Part shown: piece after piece, positions 1 through 8,573 of the stretch
Position numbering within the stretch: the stretch's first letter is position 1
Layout: the number at the start of each line of letters is the position of its first letter
NCBI GenBank assembly: GCA_963764165.1
Contig: CAVXRD010000001.1
Span: 1,184,001 to 1,248,000, forward strand
DNA from: an uncultured Verrucomicrobiae bacterium
Lineage (GTDB): Bacteria > Verrucomicrobiota > Verrucomicrobiia > Limisphaerales > Palsa-1400
Length of the DNA: 64,000 nt
Reading direction: 5' to 3'
Program-made: the position numbers and the translations under genes
The notes under the pieces: model-generated
Told to the model about the DNA's origin: nothing
Database searches by the model: none
The model's input: the letters and a program-made list of their open reading frames with translations, nothing else

Positions 1-868
1 GTTCGTAAAGTTTCACCGCCGCCTGCACTGCGGCACTGACCTCGGGGTCAAGCCCGCCGATCATGTATTCCTTCGGCAAGCCGAGCTTGAGCCCTTTGAT
101 CGGCGCGGCAAGACCAGCGGCGTAATCCGGCACCGGCTCGTTGACGCTCGTTGAATCGCGCGGATCGTAGCCGCTCATGGCGGCCATAATCAGCGCGGTG
201 TCGCGAATGTCCTGCGTCAGCGGCCCGATCTGATCGAGCGACGACGCAAACGCCGTCAACCCGTAGCGCGAGACCCGCCCATACGTCGGCTTAAAACCCA
301 CGCAACCGCACAGCGCCGCAGGTTGGCGAATCGATCCGCCCGTGTCCGTACCAAGCGAGGCAATGCACTCCGCCGCGGCAACCGAAGCTGCCGAACCGCC
401 CGACGAGCCGCCCGGAATGCGCGTTTCGTCCCAGGGATTGCGGGTCACGAAAAAGGCCGAATTCTCCGTCGAACTGCCCATGGCGAATTCGTCCATGTTC
501 AACCTTCCAAAAATGATCGCCCCAGCTTCCTGCAATTTTTCAATCGCCGTCGCGCTGTAGGGAGAAACGAAATTCCCGAGAATTTTCGAGCCGCAATTCA
601 ATGGCTGCCCGCGCACCGCGAGGACGTCCTTCACCGCAATCGGAATTCCGAGCAGCGGCTTTTCCTTGTGCGTCGCGCCAGAGGCAAGCGCCTTGTCGGC
701 GGCCTCGGCCTGGGCCATCGCATCGGCGGCATCGTAACTGAGAAAGGCCTTCAACCGGCCATCGACGCGCTCCACTTGTTGCAGGCACGCGCCCATGATT
801 TCACGGGCGGAAACATCGCGGCGGGCCATCCGTTCGGCCAATTGCGAAATAGTCAATTGGTTGGGCAT
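1..868 (-). CDS. gatA: Asp/Glu-tRNA amidotransferase subunit A (3' end runs off window)
   Basis: Manual translation from ATG at 868 gives MPNQLTISQL...GIPIAVKD...GRLNMDEFAMGSSTENS...PGGSSGGS...LGTDTGGSIRQPAALCG (amidase signature). Directly downstream of gatC. Confidence 0.95.
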   Translation of the reverse strand, partial: MPNQLTISQLAERMARRDVSAREIMGACLQQVERVDGRLKAFLSYDAADAMAQAEAADKALASGATHKEKPLLGIPIAVKDVLAVRGQPLNCGSKILGNFVSPYSATAIEKLQEAGAIIFGRLNMDEFAMGSSTENSAFFVTRNPWDETRIPGGSSGGSAASVAAAECIASLGTDTGGSIRQPAALCGCVGFKPTYGRVSRYGLTAFASSLDQIGPLTQDIRDTALIMAAMSGYDPRDSTSVNEPVPDYAAGLAAPIKGLKLGLPKEYMIGGLDPEVSAAVQAAVKLYE

Positions 869-884
869 GAAAGTCATGGGCGGG

Positions 885-1169
885 TCACTCGACTATTTTG
901 GGGACGAGAAACAATCCGTTCGCCTTGGAGGGCGCGTTGCGCAGCGCCTCCTCGTTGCTGAGCGACGGGCGGATTTCGTCGGGGCGCACGACATTGACCA
1001 TCGGGACCGCGTGGGCGGTCGGCTCGATATTGGAAACGTCGAGCTTGTTCAGCTTCTCGATGTAGCCGAGCACATGGGTCAATTGCGCCGCAAACTTCTC
1101 CTGTTCGGCGGGAGTCAAGGCAATGCGCGCGAGATGCGCGACGTATTGGACATTAAAATCACCGGGCAT
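885..1169 (-). CDS. gatC: Asp/Glu-tRNA amidotransferase subunit C
   Basis: VQYVAHLARIAL...IEKLNKLDVSNIEPT...ALRNAP...LFLVPKIVE. Confidence 0.95.
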   Translation of the reverse strand: MPGDFNVQYVAHLARIALTPAEQEKFAAQLTHVLGYIEKLNKLDVSNIEPTAHAVPMVNVVRPDEIRPSLSNEEALRNAPSKANGLFLVPKIVE

Positions 1170-1172
1170 GAA

Positions 1173-1469
1173 TCAATCCTCGAAAAATTTCTTTTTGACA
1201 AGCTCTTCCAGGGCGTCGAGCGCCTGCACAGAGTCCTCACCTTCGCATGAGACGAGCAGTTTGCTGCCGGGGCCGGCCGCCAGCATCATCAAGCCCATGA
1301 TGCTCTTGCCGTTGACCTGCTCGCCGTCCTTGGTGACGAAAACATCGCAATGAAATTTGTTGGCAGTTTTTACGAAATGGCTGGCCGGACGGGCATGAAC
1401 GCCCAGTTTGTTGCTGACAACAAACTCGCGCTGCGCCTTGTTAGCACCCGGCTTTTTCGCACTGCTCAT
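1173..1469 (-). CDS. ptsH: HPr phosphocarrier protein
   Basis: NKLGVHARPA (His15 motif) and NGKSIMGLMML (Ser46 motif). Confidence 0.95.
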   Translation of the reverse strand: MSSAKKPGANKAQREFVVSNKLGVHARPASHFVKTANKFHCDVFVTKDGEQVNGKSIMGLMMLAAGPGSKLLVSCEGEDSVQALDALEELVKKKFFED

Positions 1470-1523
1470 GCGGCGCTACGTTAGACCGCGCAGGTTCATA
1501 TTGCCATGAAAATTTCGAGGAGC

Positions 1524-1704
1524 GGAGCGCGGCTGTGGCGAAGCCCAGCCGCAGCAGCTTCGCAACAACTGGAGCGTTGGAATGAGCGCCACACTCCGCC
1601 AAGCACAGCCCGAACGTCTGATATTTTTTGGAAACAGCCACATCAAGATTCGTTGTCGGTTGCTTGAGTGCTGCCGCGGCTGGTCTTCGACACAGCCGCG
1701 CTCC
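1524..1704. repeat. REPIN family B (inverted doublet of GGAG-CGCGGCTGTGTCGAAGACCAGCCGC hairpins)
   Basis: ggagcgcggctgtggcgaagcccagccgc at 1524 and an inverted copy ending at 1704. The same unit occurs at 34985-35085 and 35766-35866, with a partial copy near 35645. Confidence 0.85.
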
Positions 1705-1751
1705 GCCCCTCGGTCTTTGCCCGTCGCACGTGGAAAGTCTGCGCATTCCTC

Positions 1752-2705
1752 TCACAACAACGGCTTCTCGCCTGTCGCCATCTGCGCCATAAGGCGCTCG
1801 TTCAACTCCTTGGCCGGGTTGCGCCCGGCCGCCTTGAGTTTCACATGAAAAGCCGCCACTTCAATCAAGCGCGCCAAGTCGCGCCCCGGTCGGACTGGAA
1901 TAATCATGTGCGGCACCGGCACGCCGAGAATTTTAACAAATTCCTGCTCCATCCCCAATCGTTCGACATCCGGCACGTCCTCCCATGGCTTGAGCGTAAT
2001 CACAAGATCGACGCTCTTCTGCACACGAATGCTGCGCACGCCGAACATGTCCGCCACGTTGATAATGCCGATGCCGCGGACTTCCATGTGGTTGCGCGTC
2101 ACTTCGGCGCTGGTGCCCATGATTTCGTGGCCGTCCAGCAGCGTGACGCGCGTGATGTCGTCGGAAACAAGGCTGTAGCCGCGCTCGATCAACGCCAGCA
2201 CGCTCTCGCTTTTGCCGATGCCGCTTTCGCCGCGAATGATCACGCCGATGCCGAGAATGTCCACCATGCTGCCCATCTCGCTGCCGCGCGGGGCGAACAG
2301 CATTTCCAGCGCGAGGGTGGCCAGGTTGATGAACTTCATCGTGATCATCGGCGTAATGAAAATCGGCACGTGCGCTTTTTCCGCGGCGCGAAGAAATTGG
2401 CGGTCGGGCTGGATGTTTCGCGAGAAAATGATGCCGGGAATTTTGTAGGAGAATAAATTTTCGTAACGGTTCGTCCGCTCGTCCGGTTTGAGCGTCCGCA
2501 GGAAGCACGATTCGGCGTTGCCCATGACCTGCAATCGCTTGTTGGCGAAATAACGGGTGAAACCAGCCAGCGCAAGACCCGGGCGATTCACGGTTGGCTC
2601 GCGAATGACGCGGCTCAGGCCCGTCGCGCCCGCCACCAGTTTGAGGCTCAGATTTTGCGCTTCACCGGTGTAAAACCGTTCAACGGTTATGGTATCTCGC
2701 AGCAT
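1752..2705 (-). CDS. hprK: HPr(Ser) kinase/phosphorylase
   Basis: NRPGLALAGF, Walker A GESGIGKSE, LVSDD and HMEVRGIGIINV motifs. Confidence 0.96.
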   Translation of the reverse strand: MLRDTITVERFYTGEAQNLSLKLVAGATGLSRVIREPTVNRPGLALAGFTRYFANKRLQVMGNAESCFLRTLKPDERTNRYENLFSYKIPGIIFSRNIQPDRQFLRAAEKAHVPIFITPMITMKFINLATLALEMLFAPRGSEMGSMVDILGIGVIIRGESGIGKSESVLALIERGYSLVSDDITRVTLLDGHEIMGTSAEVTRNHMEVRGIGIINVADMFGVRSIRVQKSVDLVITLKPWEDVPDVERLGMEQEFVKILGVPVPHMIIPVRPGRDLARLIEVAAFHVKLKAAGRNPAKELNERLMAQMATGEKPLL

Positions 2706-2782
2706 GGGAACGGAATGATAGGCCAGCGGACGCCCGCAGTCAGCCGAAAAATCTGGAAGAGATTTTGCAATCGCGAAGCGCG

Positions 2783-3026
2783 GTAGGGACGCCTCGCCGA
2801 GGCGTCCGGTTGCGCGTGAAAATGTTCGCGGCTTGAGCGTGAAATACGCCTCACCCCGGACGCCTCGGCGGAGTCTGTCTCAAAACTCAAAAACGGCTTT
2901 AAAAAGCACCACCAAAACACCCTCACCGAAAATAAAAATGCGCCATATCGAAAATGAGAGATTGGTAGTATTGACACACTTTGAGGATTTTGTAGTTTTG
3001 AGACAATCTCGGCGAGGCGTCCCTAC
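2783..3026. repeat. REPIN family A doublet (GTAG-GGACGCCTCGCCGAGGCGTCC); second hairpin interrupted by a MITE
   Basis: GTAG tetranucleotide plus palindrome at 2783-2808; inverted copy at 2857-3026 split by a 140-bp insert. Confidence 0.9.
2871..3010. mobile_element. 140-bp non-autonomous MITE with IS1182-type ends
   Basis: TIRs gagtctgtctcaaaact / agttttgagacaatctc (15/17 match) and 4-bp TSD ggcg (2867-2870, 3011-3014). The right 17 bp are identical to the right end of the IS1182 at 56688-58370. Confidence 0.88.
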
Positions 3027-3929
3027 CTATTGGCGCGGCGCTTCGACATGCAAATTGGTGGCCAGCGGAAAGGTGAATGTCGGCGCGCCCGAGACCAGCG
3101 CCTTTCCAAAATCCATCATGGCCTTGTTTCCCACCGTTTTGATTTTCAGCGGATCAATCAGCATGTTCGCCGCCGCCCCGACCACCCTGCCCTTAAAATT
3201 TTGCCAGAATCCGTCCCCGGCCTCTTTGTTTTTGACTGACGCAATCGACACGTCCATTTTCGGAGGATCTCCTGCTCGACGGAACGTGAGCATGTTCACG
3301 CGGGCGAGGATTTCCTTGGCGGGTTTGATTTCCCCGCCAACTTTATGAAGGTCGCACAGATCGATTGTGACCGGGCTGGCGTGGCCTCGGGCGTTAAAAT
3401 GCAGGCGCACCTCGGTCACAGTCGGGACGTCGTTTTCCACCGTCCCCTCCACTTCGACCGTGATTTCGCCAGAACCCTGGATGGCGATGGATCTGAGCTG
3501 ATGCGGAAGCACCTCGCCTTTTTTCAGCTTCTCTTCGTTCTGGCGAATGGCCGGCGCCGTGTCAAATATATTTTTCTGCGTGCCTTCGCCCGCAAGTTCG
3601 ATTTCACACGTTACCACAAACGAGTGCCGGGAAAATTTTCGTTTCGACGACGTCATTCGCAGCGACTGGGTGCTGTGGGGGCTGGTTGAACTGGTGATTG
3701 GCGCGAAGGAAATCAGCGGGACGAAATACATGAACTCCTCGACCGTGTTGGTGCCGGGCTGAGCCTCGCTGAAATGGAGTTGGATGGTCGGGCCGTTGGT
3801 ATTGCCCGCGTGCGCGATCGGAGCAAAGAGAGCGGTCAACAGCATTACGATCCAAATGGGCGGGGAGAGACTTCGCTGAGCCTCTGATAAAAAACCTCTG
3901 TTCTGCCAAAGTCGAATACACATCCGCAA
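3027..3929 (-). CDS. Hypothetical secreted protein (start uncertain)
   Basis: 300-aa ORF with a signal-peptide-like stretch (IWIVMLLTALFAPIAHA); no family recognised. Confidence 0.65.
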   Translation of the reverse strand: MRMCIRLWQNRGFLSEAQRSLSPPIWIVMLLTALFAPIAHAGNTNGPTIQLHFSEAQPGTNTVEEFMYFVPLISFAPITSSTSPHSTQSLRMTSSKRKFSRHSFVVTCEIELAGEGTQKNIFDTAPAIRQNEEKLKKGEVLPHQLRSIAIQGSGEITVEVEGTVENDVPTVTEVRLHFNARGHASPVTIDLCDLHKVGGEIKPAKEILARVNMLTFRRAGDPPKMDVSIASVKNKEAGDGFWQNFKGRVVGAAANMLIDPLKIKTVGNKAMMDFGKALVSGAPTFTFPLATNLHVEAPRQ

Positions 3930-3991
3930 AAACTTGAGTCAAACTTGGCATCCACAGGAAAGAATACAATCCGAAACCGCCGAAAAGAAAG

Positions 3992-4090
3992 GCAGGGACG
4001 CTTCGCCGAGGCGTCCGGGGTGAGGCGTTGGCACGCGCAGACCATCGCATGTGCAACACGCAACCGGACGCCTCGGCGAGGCGTCCCTAC
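3992..4090. repeat. REPIN family A doublet
   Basis: gcagggacgcttcgccgaggcgtcc ... ggacgcctcggcgaggcgtccctac; abuts the nuoN stop codon. Confidence 0.9.
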
Positions 4091-4091
4091 C

Positions 4092-5576
4092 TTAGAATGA
4101 ATTGGCCCGCACCAACTCGGTGATTGTGCCGAGCACCAAATCTGGCGCGCAACCCAGAACGACCACAATCAACGCCAGCACTACAATGGCGGCCTGCATG
4201 CCAGCGGACGGCTTTGTCCAACCCGACGCGGCTGGCGCCTCGCCGGCGTAGATTTGCTTGAGAACCTGCAAGTAATAATACAGCGACACCGCGCTGGCCG
4301 CGATTCCAAGAACAACCAGCCAGAGCAATCCCATTTGCGGCGTTGCGCTGATGACGCCGGTGAAGATATAAAATTTTCCAAAAAATCCCGACAGCGGGGG
4401 GATCCCGGCCAGCGACAGGACGAAAACCAGCATGCAAAACGACAGCAGCGGCGCACGGCGGCCAAGCCCCGCAAAATCGGAGAACGCGCTGCCCCGCCCC
4501 CCGCACGATTCCACCATCGACACCACCGCGAACGCGCCAAGCACAGTGAACGCATAGGTGATCGTGTAATACAGCAGCGATGACATCGCGTAGTTTTTTC
4601 CTGAAAGCAACGCCAGCATTGCATAGCCGGCATGGGCGATGGCGGAGTAGGCCAGGAGGCGCTTCACGTTGGTTTGGACGATGGCGGCCACGTTGCCGAC
4701 GATCATCGATAGCGCGGCCAGCACCGCAACCAGCGGCATCCAGCCGGGGGCAAAACCGTGATACACCGCCGATCCCAGCATTCCTGGAAACGCTGACAAG
4801 AGAATTCTTGCGACGACAAAAAAGCTCGCCACTTTCGAGCCGGACGCGATGAACGCGGCCACTGGAGTGGGCGCGCTTTGGTAAACATCCGGCGCCCACA
4901 GATGAAATGGCGCGGCCGCCAGCTTGAAGGCAAATCCCACCAGCGTCATTAAAATCGCAACATAGAAAATCGGCTCAATCGCATGCCCGCGTATTTTCAA
5001 GGCAACTTCGCCCAATTGAATTTGCCCGCTTACGCCGTAAATCAGGCTGATTCCAAAGAGTGTGAAGGCCGCCGACAAGCCTCCGAAGAGAAGATACTTC
5101 AACGCGGCCTCCGAACCATCCGCGCTGTTCTTGTCAAAGGCAGCGAGTGAATAAAGCGATATGCTCAACAATTCCAGCGAAACAAAAATGAGCAGCAAAT
5201 TGTCCGTGCAGACGAGCAGCATCAAGCCGGCCGATGCGAGCAGGACCACGGCAAAATATTCGCCCGCGTGCCGCGTGAAAGTAGATTGGCTCGACAGGAT
5301 AATCGCGAAGACCGCCAGAAGGAGCATCGGGATTTTTATCCATTGCGTCAGCGGACTGATCGAAAGCATGTGGCCGTAAATTGGGTACGGCCTCAGCACA
5401 AGCCAGCCGATGGCCAGAGCAATGCCGCCGCACGCCGCCATGGCGGCCATCCGCATTCTTTGCCGCGCGGGTTTGCGGGCCATTAGGCCAAGGTCCAACA
5501 GCAGCACTAGGAGCGCCGTCAACACAACGATGACTTCCGGCGTGGCCGCGTTGAGGCACTCCAAATAAAAGTTCAT
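4092..5576 (-). CDS. nuoN: NADH-quinone oxidoreductase subunit N
   Basis: EAALKYLLFG and FKLAAAPFHLWAPDVYQSAPTP motifs. Start placed at MNFYLE (ATGA overlap with nuoM) rather than at the 784-aa ORF start. Confidence 0.93.
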   Translation of the reverse strand: MNFYLECLNAATPEVIVVLTALLVLLLDLGLMARKPARQRMRMAAMAACGGIALAIGWLVLRPYPIYGHMLSISPLTQWIKIPMLLLAVFAIILSSQSTFTRHAGEYFAVVLLASAGLMLLVCTDNLLLIFVSLELLSISLYSLAAFDKNSADGSEAALKYLLFGGLSAAFTLFGISLIYGVSGQIQLGEVALKIRGHAIEPIFYVAILMTLVGFAFKLAAAPFHLWAPDVYQSAPTPVAAFIASGSKVASFFVVARILLSAFPGMLGSAVYHGFAPGWMPLVAVLAALSMIVGNVAAIVQTNVKRLLAYSAIAHAGYAMLALLSGKNYAMSSLLYYTITYAFTVLGAFAVVSMVESCGGRGSAFSDFAGLGRRAPLLSFCMLVFVLSLAGIPPLSGFFGKFYIFTGVISATPQMGLLWLVVLGIAASAVSLYYYLQVLKQIYAGEAPAASGWTKPSAGMQAAIVVLALIVVVLGCAPDLVLGTITELVRANSF

Positions 5577-7063
5577 TGCGAACCCGCCTTCCACAACGGC
5601 TGCATCAGCGGCGAATTCAGAGAGGGATTGATGAATTGCAGCAGCAGGCGCGGATACAAACCGATGACGAGCGTTGAGGCCAGCAGCAGCAATGCTCCAG
5701 CGCGCTCGGCGATAGTGATTGGCGCAAGCGGATGGGCGTCGGCTAGGTTCGCATCGCCTTCCGCAAAAAATGCCTTCAACAAAACCCGCAGCGTGTAAGC
5801 GACGCCGACCAGAATTCCCAGCGCGGCGATCATGGCATAAGCCGGGAACGCCTGCCACGCGCCCACCAGCACTTGCAATTCGGCAATGAATCCGCTGAAG
5901 CCCGGCAGTCCCATCGACGCCGCGCAGGCGACCACGAACGTCACTGCGGCGAATGGCAGCGCCTGACTGAGGTTCATCCGCTGAAGTTGCGCCAGGTCGC
6001 GCGTGTGCGTCCTGTCGTAAACCATCCGTCCGACCACCGCAAACAAAAGCCCGGCCAGAATTCCGTGCGAGAACATTTGCAGCACCGCCCCGCTCAAACC
6101 AATCTGAGTCAGCGTCATCAGTCCGAGCAGCACAAAACCCATGTGACTCACGCTGGAGTAACCAATGACAAATTTGAAATCCTGCTGCACCAGCGCCACT
6201 GTCGCGCCGTAGACAATTCCCACCACCGCGAGAATCGCGATGGTATTTTGCCAATGATGAAGCCCTTCGGGAAACAATGTCATCGCCACGCGCAACGCGC
6301 CGTATGCGCCGAGCTTCATCACGACGCCCGCCAGCAACATCGAAGCCGCAGTCGGCGCAGCGACGTGGCCCGTCGGCGCCCAGGTGTGGAATGGCCACAA
6401 GCCGGCGAGAATCGCGAAGCCGGCAAAAACGACGATGAACGCCCAATTCTGAAATGCCAGCGGGAAGTGGTATTGCGCCAGCGTCGGAAGATCGAATGTT
6501 TTTCCGCCCGCCACCACAAACGCCGCGATCAATCCCACCAAAACCATCGCGCTTCCCACAAACGAATACAGCGCCAACTTCATCGCGCCGTATTCGCGCC
6601 GCGTTGAACCCCAGATGGCGATCAGGAAATACTTTGGAATAATCGCAATTTCGTAAAACACGAAAAGCAAAAACAAATCGACGCTCAGAAATACGCCGTA
6701 AACGCCGCCAATCAGCGCGAGGTAAAGCGCGAAGAATTCACGGGCGCGCGAGGTCACGTTCCAGGAGAAAAGCACTCCGGCCACCGCCACCATGCCAGTC
6801 AAAAGAACGAGAACGATGCTGATGCCGTCGGCTCCCAAGTGGTAGCGCGCGCCCAATTCCGCAATCCACGGAAGATTCGCCACATCGACCATTTTTCCGG
6901 TGGAAGCCACGTCGCTGTAATGCGCCATTCCCAGGGCTGCGCAGATCAGCGTCGCCAGCGCCGCCAGGAGCGCCAGCCAGCGGGCCGGGCGGGGATTGTC
7001 CGTCGGCAAAAGCATCAAGGCCGCCGCGCCGAGGAAGGATATATATATGGTCCAGGCGAGCAT
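5573..7063 (-). CDS. nuoM: NADH-quinone oxidoreductase subunit M (second copy)
   Basis: LGADGIS, FYEIAIIPKYFLIAIWG, WPFHTWAPTGHVAAPTAASMLLAGVVMKLG, SMGLPGFSGFIAE. Confidence 0.9.
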   Translation of the reverse strand: MLAWTIYISFLGAAALMLLPTDNPRPARWLALLAALATLICAALGMAHYSDVASTGKMVDVANLPWIAELGARYHLGADGISIVLVLLTGMVAVAGVLFSWNVTSRAREFFALYLALIGGVYGVFLSVDLFLLFVFYEIAIIPKYFLIAIWGSTRREYGAMKLALYSFVGSAMVLVGLIAAFVVAGGKTFDLPTLAQYHFPLAFQNWAFIVVFAGFAILAGLWPFHTWAPTGHVAAPTAASMLLAGVVMKLGAYGALRVAMTLFPEGLHHWQNTIAILAVVGIVYGATVALVQQDFKFVIGYSSVSHMGFVLLGLMTLTQIGLSGAVLQMFSHGILAGLLFAVVGRMVYDRTHTRDLAQLQRMNLSQALPFAAVTFVVACAASMGLPGFSGFIAELQVLVGAWQAFPAYAMIAALGILVGVAYTLRVLLKAFFAEGDANLADAHPLAPITIAERAGALLLLASTLVIGLYPRLLLQFINPSLNSPLMQPLWKAGSQ

Positions 7064-7070
7064 TGTTCCC

Positions 7071-8573
7071 TTAAAACGGCTTGAGCAGGCGCATCACCGC
7101 CGGATTGGCCACGGCCGTCAATAATTGCGGACAGAGGCCGAGCACGAACATCAGCGCAATCAGCGGCACGACCGTGAGTCGCTCGCCCAGCGTCAAATCC
7201 GGCCACGCTGACCACTTAACCGGCAGCGGCCCGCAAAAAACGCGCTGCAAAATCGTCAATAAAAATATCGCCGTCAGCAGCAGTCCCGGAATGGCCAGCA
7301 AGGCAATTTTTCCCGAGAGGTGCAGCGCACCTTTGAAAATCAAGAACTCGCCCGGAAAACCGTTCAATCCCGGCAATCCCAGCGAGGCGAACAGCGCAAT
7401 CCCCATCAAGCCGCAAAACACCGGCGCCGCCACGCGCAAGCCGCCAAAATCATCCAAGCCGCGCAGCAAGCCCCCGCGCTTCTCAATTAGCCCGACAAAG
7501 TAAAACAATGCGGCAGCGGTAATGCCGTGATTGAACATTTGCAAAACCACGCCGTTCAACGCCGCAGCCTGATTGTCTGTCCAGCTTGCCGTGCCGTCGG
7601 ATGTCCCAGCAGCCGCAAAGATTCCCAGGATGCAATAGCCCAAATGATTAATGGACGAGTAGGCCACGATGCGTTTCAAATCCTTTTGCGCGAAAGCCGC
7701 CGCCGCTGGCAGAACAATCGTCGCCGCCGCCAGAACAAGGATGACAACGCGCCATTGCCGGATTTGCTCGGGGAATATCGGCCAGAGAATGCGCAGAAAT
7801 CCGTAAACGCCCATTTTCGACATCGCGCCTGTCAACAGCATGGCAGTCCCTGTCGGCGCTTCCGAATACGCCGAAGGCAGCCAAGTGTGGAAAGGGACAA
7901 TCGGCACCTTCACCGCAAGGCCGAGGAAGACACCGAAGAAAACCACCGTCGCGAGTTCTTCGTGCCCGGTGAAAAGTCCAGATTGCGCGGCCAGCGCCAA
8001 TTTGCCGAAGTCGAAAATGCCGTTGATGGAATAAATCGCCAGAAAGGCGGCCAGCATCGCGATGCTGCCCACCATCGTGTAGAGGAAGAATTGATAAGCG
8101 GCTGCAGTCCGATTCGGCCCGCCCCAGATTTTGATGAGGAAAAACGCCGGAATCAAACTGAGTTCCCAAAACAGAAACCAATGCACAAAATTTTGCGCCG
8201 TGAACACCCCAAAGAGGCCGGTTTCCAGGAATAGCGTGAAGGCGAAATAAAGTTTTGGATTCCTCTCAATTTTCCAAGAAGCCAAAAGCGCAAATGGAAC
8301 AATCAACGCCGAGAGCAGCACCATCAACAGGCCCAATCCGTCCACTCCCAGGCTGTAATCGATCTTGAGCGACGGCACCCATGCTGCGTGCTGGACGAAT
8401 TGCAAGCCATCGCGTGTCCGATCAAAACCGGCGCACAGGCCAAGCGCAAGAACCAGCGCGAGCAAGCTGCCTGCGAAGGCTATGTTGCGCCCGAGCTTTT
8501 GCTGGCGATTTCCCATCAGTGCCACGGCGATTCCAAACACGGCAGGCGCAAATGTCAGCACCGTTAAGTTCAT
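7071..8573 (-). CDS. nuoM: NADH-quinone oxidoreductase subunit M (first copy)
   Basis: LGVDGLG, FWELSLIPAFFLIKIWGG, VKVPIVPFHTWLP, SLGLPGLNGFPGE. Start MNLTVL overlaps the nuoL stop. Confidence 0.92.
   Translation of the reverse strand: MNLTVLTFAPAVFGIAVALMGNRQQKLGRNIAFAGSLLALVLALGLCAGFDRTRDGLQFVQHAAWVPSLKIDYSLGVDGLGLLMVLLSALIVPFALLASWKIERNPKLYFAFTLFLETGLFGVFTAQNFVHWFLFWELSLIPAFFLIKIWGGPNRTAAAYQFFLYTMVGSIAMLAAFLAIYSINGIFDFGKLALAAQSGLFTGHEELATVVFFGVFLGLAVKVPIVPFHTWLPSAYSEAPTGTAMLLTGAMSKMGVYGFLRILWPIFPEQIRQWRVVILVLAAATIVLPAAAAFAQKDLKRIVAYSSINHLGYCILGIFAAAGTSDGTASWTDNQAAALNGVVLQMFNHGITAAALFYFVGLIEKRGGLLRGLDDFGGLRVAAPVFCGLMGIALFASLGLPGLNGFPGEFLIFKGALHLSGKIALLAIPGLLLTAIFLLTILQRVFCGPLPVKWSAWPDLTLGERLTVVPLIALMFVLGLCPQLLTAVANPAVMRLLKPF

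Noticed and set aside
4092..6446. 784-aa NuoN 'fusion'
   Set aside because: The N-terminal ~290 aa are an off-frame read of nuoM; the real start is the ATGA overlap at 5576.
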